Assembly (NCBI GenBank): GCA_964016885.1
Contig: OZ024755.1
Location: 4,898,001-4,962,000 of the forward strand
Reading direction: 5' to 3'
Origin: Eledone cirrhosa
Lineage: Eukaryota
Length of the DNA stretch: 64,000 nucleotides
Below, in pieces: positions 51,311 through 63,875 of this stretch. A program made the position numbers and the translations under genes. The stretch's first letter is position 1, and each line of letters opens with the position of its first letter. The notes beneath the pieces are model-generated. The model ran no database searches and had not been told where the DNA came from. It saw nothing but the letters and a program-made list of their open reading frames with translations.

Positions 51311-51452
51311 CTGAGACCTTCTGCTGTCCAGTTCTCCTGAGACCTTCTGCTGTCCAGTTCTCTTGAGACCTTCTGCTGTCCAGTTCTCCTGAGACCTTCT
51401 GCTGTCCAGTTCTCCTGAGACCTTCTGCTGTCCAGTTCTCCTGAGACTTTCA
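51311..51452. repeat. 26-bp tandem repeat (5 copies) from a dispersed element
   Basis: Unit CTGAGACCTTCTGCTGTCCAGTTCTC. Single copies at ~42058-42095 and ~51622-51647. Confidence 0.9.
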
Positions 51453-52254
51453 GTTACATATATATATTTATGAAAGTTAAAGACAGAAACATTTGCTTGA
51501 GGAAGTGGTGGGTCTTCTCTGAAGACCTTTGAGAGTTTCTTACCTCTTCACCTGATGAGGATGACGTGCTGGTTAAGGCTTGAAACACTTGCTTGTGTGT
51601 GTGTGGTTGGGGTGAGGTGGAGGTCTTCTGCTGTCCAGCTCTCCTGATAGTTTTTTTTACCACTGTTACAGTACATTTTACTTATATATTTAAATCTAAA
51701 ATGTTATAGGTTCAGAAAGTTTTATCAAAATATTATCCTGTTAATAGCAAAGTGTTTTAGATATTACATTTCAATATTACAGAAATAAATGTCAGAATAT
51801 CATATCTTACCGAGAAATTAAGACCCTTTTTTCTTATCTCTTATAGTATTAACAATCTCTGTTGGCAACACGCTGATATTTTTAGTCCAAGATTTCTGAT
51901 TAGATAGAAAATGTTGGATAAAATTATACAGCTTCAGTTTCTTGTTTATTGTGATAGCTTATTAGCATTGTTGTAATTATTGCTACATTACTGTCTAATT
52001 ATTATTTTTATTTTAACATTTATAAATCTTAAATATTTGTTGATGATATAAATATAAATTGGTTAAACATACAGAAAAAGAAAGCAGCATTATAAAGGAC
52101 TATACATGCCATAAATGGGAGAAAATTAATTTATAAGATTTGGTAAAAACTTGTTTCAATAAAGACAGAATGTAGGCCATTAATAGGAGATATACTTTTT
52201 TCTCTGTTTTTACAGAAATCTTTCAATCTAATAATGTTTTTATTTTTAATTATG

Positions 52255-52640
52255 TTACCATTTTTCACTATATTACTATAGATAGTTCATATATTAGAAT
52301 CATGTTAACATTTTCCACCATATTACTATAGATAGTTCATATATAAGATTTACTTTATCTTTTCCCACCATATTACTACAAATAGTTCATCTGTTAGATT
52401 TACTTTATCTTTTCCCACCATATTATTATAGATAGTTCATATATAAGATTTACTTTATCTTTTCCCACCATATTACTACAAATAGTTCATCTGTTAGATT
52501 TACTTTATCTTTTTCCACCATATTATTATATTAGAATCATGTTACCATTTTCCACCATATTACTACAAACAGTTCATCTATTAGATTTACTTTATCTTTT
52601 TCCACCATATTACTATAGATAGTTCATATATAAGATTTAT
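52255..52640. repeat. ~50-bp imperfect tandem repeat
   Basis: Recurrent CCACCATATTACTATAGATAGTTCAT...GATTTACTTTATCTTTT. Confidence 0.85.
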
Positions 52641-54113
52641 CTGTAAATAGTTATCATTTGAGATAAGGATTTTTTAAAAGCTACATGCTAAGGTTTCAAA
52701 AAAGATGACATGATACAAAGGAAATATTCATTCTAAGTATATGTTTCTCTATTTGTGTTTCTACTTGAATTATTGTATCTACCTGTGTATAATATACTTT
52801 TGTGTATAATGTACACTTCTAATTGTGAGTAATGAAATCTCAGAAAAATATCTCATGTATAATATGCCCTAAGTTTTCTTTGATATTATGATGTATGTAA
52901 AAAGGAATATCTAGATTACACAGGATCCCAGACCTCATTCACTTACTGAGTGGGACGAAACTCACCAAATCGGACCAAGGAAACAATGTTTCCATTGGTC
53001 TTTCTATTGCTGATGCTATCTACCGGTCGCAACTCCTGGCCGAAGGAGCAACGTAAAATAAAGTATTTTGCTCAAGGACATAACACATCGCCTAGTCTGG
53101 GAAACGAACTTTCAACCCCATGATTGTGAATCCAATTCTATAACCACTAAGATGCCTTCAGAAGGATTATTTAGTCACTTTTATTATAATTGCAGTGGTT
53201 TACACAATAATCTCATGAACAAATGTTATAAATAGATAAATCTTGTTTTATTTCTAACTATATTAATAGATCTGTTAGCAATGGTATGGATAATGATGCC
53301 TTCTGCTCTTACAGCAAACAGGAAATCTTTCTTTCTCCCTCTATGTCTAAACTTAGAATGACTAGAATTTCATTCCTTTGCTGTCAATAACCAGCCTAGT
53401 CTTGTAGTACATAGAATATTTTTAATGCACTTTTTCAACTAATCAAATCAAACTATAATATTTCCAGTTCTCTATTTTCAAAGTAGTTTTAGGTATGTTA
53501 TGTTTCTTGATTAAAGTTCTATCCGAATTGACAAGATCCCAAACCTCACTTGCTTAACAAGTGGAGTGGAACTTGTCAGATTGGACAAAGGAATCATGTT
53601 TCTCTATTAAAACTTTAGAATAACAAAATATTTAATTATTGGAAAATTATTATTATTATATTTATTATTCTGAGTTCAAATCTTGTCGAGGTTAGCTTTG
53701 CCTTTCATCCTTACAGGGTCGATAAAATAAAGTACCAGTAATACACTGATGTCGATTTAATCAACTTTCCCCTCCCCCATAATTGCCGACCTTATGTCTA
53801 AAGTAGAAACAATTATTATTATTTATAATTTGATATTATACTTCTGCAGTTCTTAATTAATATGGATTGCATAAAATCGATTAAAATATATTTTTTTAAT
53901 GATTAAATTATCCACTTTTGATGGACTAATTAAATAAATATGTCTTCTTCTATCCTCTTGTAAAGAAAGTAATAGAATATATTCTGAATTTAGTATTAGG
54001 TTAAATATTTTTGTAAATCCATTTATATTTAATTTCATTACAACATTCAAATATATTATTAGTTTTGTCAAGTATTTAGTAAGTTCTCTTTAAATTAATT
54101 AAAATTTCATTTC

Positions 54114-54268
54114 AATAGAAATAGAAGCACTGCTGTAACATTGACTAAATTATATAGTCTAATAATGGGGCATATAAACCTAGTGAACTGGTAAAGATGG
54201 GTATCAACACACCCCATTATTAGACTGTATCATGTAGTCAATGTTACAGTGGCATTTCTATTTCAATT
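54114..54268. mobile_element. MITE-like element with ~55-bp imperfect TIRs
   Basis: GAAATAGAA..CTGTAACATTGACTA..AGTCTAATAATGGGG / CCCCATTATTAGACT..TAGTCAATGTTACAG..TTCTATTTC. Confidence 0.75.
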
Positions 54269-54552
54269 CTAAAGCAACTTTGCTCACCACGTTCCAAACA
54301 TATTTACTTAATTAAAATTTGTTTTTTAATTTTTAATTTTACTTTTTTAGATTATAAAGATTAAATCAATGAATAATTTTTATTCTTTTAATTTTATTAG
54401 TTATTAAATTAGATGAGTTGAAGGGAGTCATAAACAACACAGCTACAGATTAAACCATATTACAGTATTAGTTTGATCCCTTTCATATCAAGCTGCCTAA
54501 AACTGACCCTGATTCTGTGATACAAAACAGTTTAATTTAATATTGTTATAGG

Positions 54553-55070
54553 AGAGGGTGGTCCTAGGACCAAGGACACTAGAAGTCTCCATTGCTATGG
54601 GGTGCCAATGGTGGTGAGTAGGGAAGTAGTCCTAGGACCAAGAACGCCAGAAGTCTCCATTGCTATGGGGTGCCAATGGTGGTGAGTAGGGAGGTAGTCC
54701 TAGGACCAAGAACGCCAGAAGTCTCCACTGCTATGGGGTGCCAATGGTGGTGAGTAGGGAGGTAGTCCTAGGACCAAGGACACTAGAAGTCTCCACTGCT
54801 ATGGGGTGCCAATGGTGGTGAGTAGGGAGGTAGTCCTAGGGCCGAGGACACCAGAAGTCTCCATTGCTATGGGGTGCCAATGGTGGTGAGTAGGGAGGTA
54901 GTCCTAGGGCCAAGAACACCAGAAGCCTCCATTGCTACGGGGTGCCAATGGTGGTGAGTAGGGAGGTAGTCCTAGGGCCAAGAACACCAGAAGTCTCCAT
55001 TGCTACGGGGTGCCAATGGTGGTGAGTAGGGAGGTAGTCCTAGGGCCAAGGACACTAGAAGTCTCCACTG
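54553..55070 (-). repeat. 68-bp minisatellite (~7.5 copies) derived from CRE-like REL coding sequence
   Basis: Period 68 (54601, 54669, 54737). The minus strand unit translates IAMETSGVLGPRTTSLLTTIGT. Confidence 0.85.
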
Positions 55071-56079
55071 ATTTGTAAAGTTATCACAGAACATCAAATT
55101 TATTAACAGAATGTTATTTTACTTCTATTTATTACATAACTATAATGTTAGGGTTAGAGATTTATATCTTATATTGCCAGCAGGGAAAGTGGATGTTAAA
55201 ACGATGATGGTGGTGGTGGTGGTGGCTGCCGCTGTCGTTGCGGTGATGATAATGAACCAAATGACTGCTGTTTAGTGCATAATGCATCTTTGTCTTGAAA
55301 ATTCTTTTTTTGTAGCCTCTTATTGTTTTGTTTTTTAGTTTGGTATTATTTCATTACCTAAGTCCATTTTCTTCCTTGTCAGATCATCTTCTGCCACTTG
55401 TTTTTCTTGTCAGACATTACAATCTTTCCTTTTGTTTTAATCTTGTTAAGACACCTTCTTTTCAGGTGCAACCTAATTTGGTTTTTTTCTCATGTTTTCT
55501 TTGATCAGTCTCTTCTATACATACCATACCTTACCTTACCTTTCACTACACCGTTTCACCTGTATATTATATCTCTTAGCTAGGTTAATCTGACATCTAT
55601 TTTTTTTTTTTTTTTCGTTTAGCCTCCAGGTGTAGTTTAGAACCACCACTTTTATTTCCTGTTGTAATCTTTATAGTATACCATATTTAACGTTAAATCT
55701 CTCCATACTTGTATAATCTTTATAGTATACCATATTTAACGTTAAATCTCTCCAGCAACAAATCCTACATAATCTACAACATGAGTAACAGAAGTATAAT
55801 TTCGAAATTCTTTTGCTAGTAATTGTATTTGCTTCAAATGAAATTAGTGGTATGTGACTGATTTTTATCGGTGGATAAAAGGTTAATGCAAATTTGTAGA
55901 ACCAATGATGAAATTATTGATTGCTTATTGGATATAGAATTCTGTGTATCACACAATTATAACTCTTTGGTAGAACAAATATAACTTGTAAAACCAGTAA
56001 TGTTAGTTTTTACTTGTAGTTTATAACAATAGAAATACTAAGCTTTACCTAATAGTACTGTGTAAATATAAGATATATA

Positions 56080-56157
56080 CAGTGTGTAAAAAAAAAATGT
56101 ATACACACTTTGAGTTATCTGCTGTTGAAGTGTGTATATATTTTTTGGGATACCCTG
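56080..56157. mobile_element. 78-bp Tc1/mariner-type mini-MITE
   Basis: TA-CAGTGTGT..AAAAATGTATACACACTT ... AAGTGTGTATATATTTTTTGGGATACCCTG. Confidence 0.65.
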
Positions 56158-56174
56158 TGTATGTGTGTGTGTGT

Positions 56175-56315
56175 TGTGAGAGCAGTCCTCAAATCGCTAA
56201 GACTGGCAGAGGAGATAACGAAGGAATGCAACAAGTGGAGAGATGCCGTGCTAAGTAGGACCCGTCCAACCCATGCCAGCAGGGAAAAGCGGATGTAAAA
56301 ATGATGATGATGATA
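56175..56315 (+). mobile_element. RTE LINE 3' end
   Basis: LKSLRLAEEITKECNKWRDAVLSRTRPTHASREKRM* followed by (GAT)n. Confidence 0.8.
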
Positions 56316-57142
56316 TATATATATATAATATAATACAGTATAAGATAATATTATTATCATCACCATTTAATGTCTATTTTCCCATGCTAACATGGGTTAG
56401 ACAAGTTATTCTGTTGTGAGAAATGTCAGGTCAGGTGACCATGTCTTGCTCATACAGAACTGATTTTGGCTTGGTTTCTACAACTGGAATCCCTTCCTAA
56501 CTCCAACCACATTTACTGTGAGTACTGGGTGCTTTTTGTCGTGACACCTACATGACCATTTTACAGTGTAGGCTGGGGACTTTGGTGAGAGAGGTGGGTA
56601 TTTGGGTGTGCGTGAGGGGTGGAGTCTTATGACGAATTGTCTTCCTTACATTAGAGACGTTTCAGAAAATATTCCAAAGATCTGTAACCTATACAACATC
56701 TGGACAGTATTAAAAGATAGATCTTCCTTTTGAGGAAAGCTCTCTTGAACAAAACCTTCCTCCAAAGACATCATGACCAAGAACAATATGTCTTCCATCC
56801 CATACAGTTGTTATGGTGAGGATTATAAAAGTAAAAACAGCTGTCCTTTAAAAGTAAAGCTAAAGGAACATCATGAATCTGTAATTTGAGGGATAGACAC
56901 AGAAATTAGGTTAGGTGGAGGCAATCATTGAAAGTCACCAACAAAGTGTAATAGTTTGGGAACAAGATTGAAAAAATTTCTTTCTTTCTTTTCCAGATGT
57001 TTTTTTTAAATTTAGATCATTTAATAATACAAATACCAGTTAATCTAAATTTGGAGGGCTTTAAGTTCTGATTGCAACCATATTAAAATAGTGACAGGGC
57101 ATAAGCTCTGAGTGCCTTAATCTTCGTAAAAATATTGTTATA

Positions 57143-57221
57143 CAGAGTGTTCCAAAAGTTGCTATTTATTTGGATGTAGCTATTGCTATTCAAAATAGAT
57201 AGTGGCTATTGAGACACCCTG
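57143..57221. mobile_element. 79-bp Tc1/mariner-type mini-MITE
   Basis: TA-CAGAGTGTTCCAAAAGTTGCTAT ... ATAGTGGCTATTGAGACACCCTG-TA. Confidence 0.65.
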
Positions 57222-57399
57222 TATACATGTATGTCCTGGGTTGGGGTTAGGGTTAGGCTGGAGTTGACTTCAAAACAGATAGTGACTATTAAGACACCAA
57301 GAATAGCTGTATATTCTGTGTTCAAGCTGGAGTTGACTTAGTTTTTTTATTTTCATGAGATATTGACACAAGATATTAACTTTTTTCTTCTTTTTTCAG

Positions 57400-57462
57400 T
57401 GTCGAGAAGTTGGAATAGAAAGTCATGAAGATATTTTGAAAGTTCTTCACGAGTTGCAAAGT
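57400..57462 (+). CDS. SRGAP: srGAP exon 4 (63 nt)
   Basis: TTTTTTCAG|TGT...AGT|GTAAGT. CREVGIESHEDILKVLHELQS. Phase 0 to 0. Confidence 0.95.
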
Positions 57463-57805
57463 GTAAGTTTTTAGCATCAATTTCTTTACAATTTCATTTC
57501 TTTTATTCACCAATATCTTTTAGAAAGTTGCTCTGACTTGCCAAGGTGTACTGCAACTTCAATGGTATCAAGAGCTCAGGAGAGAAAACAAATTAAGAAG
57601 CCTTTTGTAGTCAGCTGAAGTACATGCTTTATCATACAGGAGACCCTTGACTTTAAGAGAGAAACCCTTTCTAGTCAGTTGAGGCACTGCATCATATAGG
57701 AGACTCTTGACTTTAGAAGAGAAACTCTTTCTAGTCAACAGGGTTACATGCTCTCTAAAATGGAAAATGGACGGTGATAATGATGATTTCAGGTAGTGTT
57801 GGAGT

Positions 57806-58142
57806 TTAACCCTTTAGCATTTAAACCAGCTGTATCTGGCCAGAATTCTCTCGCCTCTTTCTGTTCAAACCGGCTGTAACTAGCCACTTATACTGATGTT
57901 AAGGTATTTTCTCAAAATAAATAATATCAAAATCTCATAGATTCAATATTGTGTGAGATAATTATGTGAGATAAAGCCTTTACCATGAAAATATAATAGT
58001 AAATATAGAGTAATGTAAATGTTATGTGAGGTATTTATGCGAGGTAAAGCCTTTACCATGAAAATATAATAGTAAATATAGAGTAATGTAAATGTTATGT
58101 GAGGTATTATGCGAAAATATAGAGTAAATGGTAAAGGGTTAA
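57806..58142. mobile_element. piggyBac-type MITE family B with internal duplication
   Basis: TTAACCCTTTAGCATTTA...TAAATGGTAAAGGGTTAA. An internal segment of ~70 bp is duplicated. Confidence 0.85.
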
Positions 58143-58638
58143 GAGAAAACACTCTTTCATTTTCACAGTTGCTAACATCTGTAATGTGGTAAAGTTAATA
58201 ACTGTTGTAACATTATATGTTGTTGTTCTAAAGACTGAAGTTATTCAAATACTATTGGCCTGCTCTGAATTTGTTAAAGATTAAGTAAAAGTTGTTTTTA
58301 TAAAATGTATCAAAAGTTCTAACAAGCTAACAATGAAGTATGATTGAAACTTAATACTTTAGTTCAAAGATAAATAATATGGTTTATATAAGTTAACTTT
58401 GATACATCAAAATATTACATTAACATAATTTCCTATGTAGAATAACAAGCTATATATATATATATATATATATTTGACAAGAGTCATAAACAGTTTCTTT
58501 TTTTCTTTTTATTTATTCATTACTATTTTTGTTGCTGTTGTTATTTATTTATTTCATTTTTTTTTTTTTTTATCTTTATATTCTAAGATATTTTATTCAA
58601 GCATATCTAACATGATATAGTTTTAATAGTAAAAAATA

Positions 58639-58928
58639 GAGTGGAACCTCGGTTTACAAACGCCTCTCATCGCAAACAAATCACGAACAATGTCTCAAGT
58701 AACAAACACACAAGTTGGGAGTATTGGCAGGAAGGTGTCACTTGCTGTGTAGTTAGTTACTATGATTATATCTATCTGTCCTTTCACACTCAGTCTCTCT
58801 CTTTCTCTCTCACTGTATTTCTCTCTCAACATTTCTTATGGAAAAATATTTTCAGTTTAGAAACATTTTGGTTGACGAACAGCCACAGCTTCAGTAACGA
58901 ATTAAGTTCGTTAACTGAGGTTCCACTA
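58639..58928. mobile_element. Tigger/pogo-like MITE
   Basis: TIRs AGTGGAACCTCGGTTTACAAAC / GTTCGTTAACTGAGGTTCCACT. Confidence 0.8.
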
Positions 58929-60509
58929 GTCTGACATTTTTTATTTATTTTTTATTTTACTTTACTTATTAACACAGAAAATTGGGGTCCTGGTATTTGT
59001 TTGTTACCATCATTGTCTGACAGTAATTCACAGCCCCTCCCCCTACTACCAGTCATTACATGGCAGTTAAACTACATCAGCTTCACATTTTCTCTTCCAC
59101 TGGCATTTTATCTCATTTTTTGGGAACTAACCTGCAAAAGAGCTGTAAAGAGATCCATTAACATATCTTTCTCTCCTCCTCCTCCTTACCCCCCCCCTCT
59201 CTCTCTCTCTGCTTCTCTGTAGAAAGGTTATAGTAGCCACCCACTTATTTCTTTCTTTCTAACTCTCTATCTCCCCACCCTCTCTCTCTCTACTACTACT
59301 ACCTATAACTACTCTTATTTTCCACAAATTATATATATATATATGCGTTAGTCTACAGTTCTATTTCCACACATTTGTCTTCACTTCTCTTTACTTTATT
59401 ACAGCCCCCCCTCTCTCTCACAGAAATCAATATTTACAAATAAACCCCACTCGTTCTATTCATAAAATTAACTCTATTAATCACTCTCATCTTACACATT
59501 TATCTGTTTTATATTTTCCTTGTAAGTCTTACTTTAAACTAAACCTATTTCCATGCCATCCCACTTCTATTAATGTCTCCTTCCTTATCTATCAATGTAC
59601 TAATCTACGGTTCTCTCTCATCAAATTATATGAATACCATCTTTTCCTATCAGATTTTATTTCCTTTTCACCAGTATGTAGTGCTGTTTCCATCATTGGT
59701 TATCTAATAATGTTTCCTCACCTACTATCTCTATTTCTCTATTTCATGTTGATAACTGTTAGCACAACCTAACCTCCCTCATAAATGAATCTATCCTGGC
59801 TTCTTATTTCTCAAATCGTCTACATTTTTGTACATTTTTACTATTTTGTCATCCAAATTAAATAAACTGGTTTAGATTTATATAACCAGCCTAACATAAT
59901 TATTGTAGTCACCTTTATCATCGTCATTATTGTTGGTTTAATAACATAAATGGGTTGGGTGTGTCTTTTTTTTTATCCCCAGTATTTCAGCCATGAAGCC
60001 TATCCTTTTATATTTTTCTTTACCCAATATCTAGTAATAAGAATGTTCTTTCTTTCTGCCAATCTTGATATTTGTTACCAGAAATCTCTGTTGCTATATT
60101 ACTCCTATCTTTCCTGTTTAGTGTAGTCAATATTCTGTAGTACAATATAATGTTGAGGTTGTTGTGTAGGATAGACACTAAATATTACCTTCACACAACC
60201 ATCTTGATATTCCAATCTTCAGGGATCTAAAATATACTTTATAGTAACATACATTTTTTTAAATATATATTTATAAATATATATATATATATATTAGTGA
60301 AGGTGTGTAGTTTAGTGGCTAGTGAATTGGATTCACAATTGTAAGGTTGCGAGTTTGATTCCCAGACTGGGTGATGTGTTATGTCCTTGAGCCAGACAAT
60401 GGACATAATATGATGATGATGATGATTATATATATATATATGCCGTCTAACCCATGCTAGCGTGGAAAATGAACGTTAAATGATGATGATGATATATATA
60501 TATATATCA

Positions 60510-60684
60510 AGATGGATTCAGTTTGAAACTGGTTAGACCATTACTCAGCAGAGTACTTGATACTTGGGGTAGTAGAGTATGGTTATATTGTAAACAGTCG
60601 GGACCCGACGGCTGGAGTCTTGCCATTTCAACAGCTAGTTCCAGACTAAGTCTGGAACTAGCTGTTGAAACGGGTCTTGACTCT

Positions 60685-60690
<6 letters not shown>
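60510..60690. mobile_element. Penelope-like relic with 22-bp palindrome, in (TA)n
   Basis: Arms 60626-60647 and 60649-60670. Body homologous to 10113-10265. Confidence 0.65.
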
Positions 60691-60722
<32 letters not shown>

Positions 60723-61930
60723 AGTGAGGATGATAGAAGCAGTAAAATTGTGAATTAAATCCTTTGCTATATTTAGATTTCGATCTTTTAGGTTCTAAGT
60801 TCAATTTTATGATCTTTGAGTTGAGTTCTGCAACAAGACAATCAAACTGAACGTATCAGTCAGTTACTGACATGTTCATCAACTGTTGATATTGTTCAAA
60901 ATATTCTTAGATATTGAACATTGATCGATTAGCCATCTTATAAGAAAATGTATCTAATTTTGGGTAGAATTGCTTCATCGCATTATCAGCACATATCATC
61001 ATCATCATTATTTCTGTTTGTTGATAAATGGAAGGGTATCCATCTGTAGAAAACCTGCCGTATAAATGGTCAGGAGGTCCCTTCAGTTGTGTCATAGACA
61101 TGACAACCTCCCTAATGTTGGGGATTTACACAATAATCTCACCTAGTAAAGGGGTTGGTGATAGGAAGGGCATCTAGCTATAGAAAACCTACCATACAAT
61201 GGGTTGGGAAGACTTCAGTTATGCCAAAGCTACAACTATTTTAGTGTTGGTGCTATGATAAAATGCATTCAGTTGAGTATGGGATCTTATGTTGGAGTTC
61301 CCTGGAGGTCAGAGGCTTCGGTTGGGTACTGATCAGTCTGTAACATGTCCAACCCATGCTAGCAGAGTAAAAAACACGTTAAACGATGATGATGATGATG
61401 ATGATATCCCTGCTAGCAGAAGTTGAAAAAAAAGTCTCAATATTTATTTCAACACTGACTTCTCTAGCTTTCTTTCTCTTCTAAACTCAAACATATGTTT
61501 CTTCATCTTTGAAAGCTGTGGCTAATTCTCAGATTTCTATTTCTTTACTCTAGGGGTCATATTTCTGTGTATTTAGTGGGGAAAGGGTTAGGAATCTCAA
61601 AGGTATGCTGTAAATGTTGATTGTATACTCTGCTGTCAGTGTTAAGTTGAGAAACAGGTGAGGTTGCCAAATTAAGATGGCCTATAAATGATGTTGATGA
61701 TGATGATATATATATATATAGAGAGAGAGATTTTGTTTATGTGTGAATAAATTCATTTAGTTGTGTGGTAAGGTAAAAGAAAAACTAAAGGAAAATATCC
61801 AGGAGCATGCTTTACCTGGGAACTTAATGTTGATGTTTGCATTCTTAATTTAGTGAGATTTTCTCTGCATACATTTGTATAATAGAAGTTTTCTGATACT
61901 TATCGTCTAAATGATTCTGTTGTTTTGTAG

Positions 61931-62086
61931 GCAATGAAGACATATCATGCATATCAAGCTGAAGCTAAAAGTGCTGAAGCTAAATTGCAGGATGTCCAGG
62001 CTCAAAAGAAGAAACTTGAACATCAACTCCAAGGCAAAACTGGAACCACAAGAAATTTAAAAAGATTTGAACGCAGAGAAGAAAAG
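61931..62086 (+). CDS. SRGAP: srGAP exon 5
   Basis: TTTTGTAG|GCA...AAG|GTTTGT. AMKTYHAYQAEAKSAEAKLQDVQAQKKKLEHQLQGKTGTTRNLKRFERREEK. Confidence 0.95.
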
Positions 62087-62104
62087 GTTTGTAATTCACT
62101 TTTA

Positions 62105-62350
62105 GCAGCCCCAACCAACCTTATTTTTCTACCAGTCCCAACCTTACTTTTTTACCAGCCCCACCTTACTTTTCTACCAACCCCACCTTACTTTTCTACC
62201 AACCCCACCTTACTTTTCTACCAACCCCACCTTACTTTTCTACCAGCCTCACCTTACTTTTCTACCAGCCTCACCTTACTTTTCTACCGGCCTCACCTTA
62301 CTTTTCTACCGGCCTCACCTTACTTTTCTACCGGCCTCACCTTACTTTTC
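62105..62350. repeat. 22-bp tandem repeat filling srGAP intron 5
   Basis: Unit CCTTACTTTTCTACC(AG/AA/GG)CC(C/T)CA, ~11 copies. Confidence 0.93.
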
Positions 62351-62363
62351 TTTCTATTTCTAG

Positions 62364-62492
62364 CGCAAACACAAATACAATGAGAACAAGTTGAAGGCTT
62401 TGAAAGCACGAAATGATTACCTGTTGTGTATAGAGTCTGCAAATGCTGCCATCAATAAATATTACTCTGATGATATCACAGACCTTATGGAT
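62364..62492 (+). CDS. SRGAP: srGAP exon 6
   Basis: TTTCTAG|CGC...GAT|GTAAGT. RKHKYNENKLKALKARNDYLLCIESANAAINKYYSDDITDLMD contains the KARNxYLL F-BAR motif. Confidence 0.96.
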
Positions 62493-62803
62493 GTAAGTAG
62501 AATAAAACAATTTCACACTTATCACTGTTATCATTATCATTATTATGCAGGGTCAATAAAATAAAGTGCCAGTAATGTGCTGGGGTTGATTTAATCAACT
62601 TCCACCTCACCAAAAAAATTGTTGGTTTTCTGTCTAAATCAGAAAGCATTATATTACTACTTCTTGACTTTGCCTTTCATCCTTATGGGGTCAATAAAAT
62701 AAATTATGTTGTTATAATTCAATATGGTTGTTGTATTTCTTCTAATATTTTCCATGAACATTTATCCTAAAAATATTTCTACTTCTTTTTCTCCCTCCAA
62801 CAG

Positions 62804-63025
62804 TGTATGAATTTTGGTTACCACAGTTGTGTAGCTCGAACTATGAAAATGTATCTTTCGTCCCATGAACAGTTACGTAGCTCTCACCAGAGAGCAATTG
62901 ATCGATTGAACCAATGTATACAAGGTCTTGATGCTCGTGCAGACAAACAAAAGTTCCTTGAGTTACACAATCCTATGTTCATGTTACCGAAAAAGTTTGA
63001 GTATCAACCGTATAAAGGAGATGAG
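62804..63025 (+). CDS. SRGAP: srGAP exon 7
   Basis: CCAACAG|TGT...GAG|GTGAGT. CMNFGYHSCVARTMKMYLS...DKQKFLELHNPMFMLPKKFEYQPYKGDE. Confidence 0.96.
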
Positions 63026-63393
63026 GTGAGTGATTATATTCTAGCAGTAAATTTATATAGCCATTATGTAGCTCTATCAACTTCTTCTCTCCTTCTTCTT
63101 CGCCTCTTCCTCCTCCGTCTTCTTATATATAATTAAAGTAAATGTTTGAGAAGCTGACCCTTTCCTCAATGTATTTTATAAACGAATGTTCAAATATTTA
63201 TCTGTGAACCTTGCAATAAAAATGCACTGATTGCCCGGTTAGTTATGACTCACTCTATATTTAATGTCTTGGCTATGAGGACTTCATGTTTTATTAAATA
63301 TTATTCTAAAATAAAATGGAACTGAAATTATTTAGTCTTGTTTTTAATGATCTTATATTAATATTTTTCTTTTTTTTTTCTTTTTCTATTTAG

Positions 63394-63486
63394 ACCCGCT
63401 CTATCAACGCAGTTGTGGATGAAATGACCCACCGCTGTGAAACTTTAAAGGTCCGATTAGAAGGAGTACATTTAGAAAATGATGAA
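63394..63486 (+). CDS. SRGAP: srGAP exon 8
   Basis: TATTTAG|ACC...GAA|GTTAGT. TRSINAVVDEMTHRCETLKVRLEGVHLENDE. Confidence 0.93.
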
Positions 63487-63559
63487 GTTAGTAAAGAGTT
63501 ATTATTTATCTTGTTTGTGTAAGATTTACTGCTGGTATTCACACTGCTATAGATTTGAC

Positions 63560-63790
63560 AAGAAACCACTTCACCTCGCAGGGCTCTCACCTGCAGGCAG
63601 CCAACTCCACTCCGATAACAGGGAGCGGGGATGTGGTCTGGGGGGCCAAGAATACTGGAAGTCTCCACTGCGACAGACTCTATCACAAACCTATCACATG
63701 AGCAGGGATGTGGTCTGGGGACCAAGAATGCTGGAAGTCTCCACTGCTAGAGGCTCTACCAAAAACCTATCAGAGAGCAGCCAATACTTG
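63560..63790 (-). mobile_element. CRE-like REL fragment with ~77-bp internal duplication in srGAP intron 8
   Basis: Minus strand DRFVIESVAVETSSILGP. Homologous to 10640-10860. Confidence 0.65.
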
Positions 63791-63875
63791 GACAAAATAG
63801 CTTATAAAAATGACATAGGTGTTGATGTGTTTGTCTTCAATTTATATTTAAATTTCTTTCATCTTTTAATGACAG

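Noticed and set aside
51552-51590. CTGATGAG...GAAAC hammerhead-like core
   Set aside because: Stems I and II do not pair, so it is at best a dead relic.
61934-62383. 149-aa ORF as a single coding unit
   Set aside because: Only 61931-62086 is exon. The remainder is read-through into the intronic 22-bp repeat.
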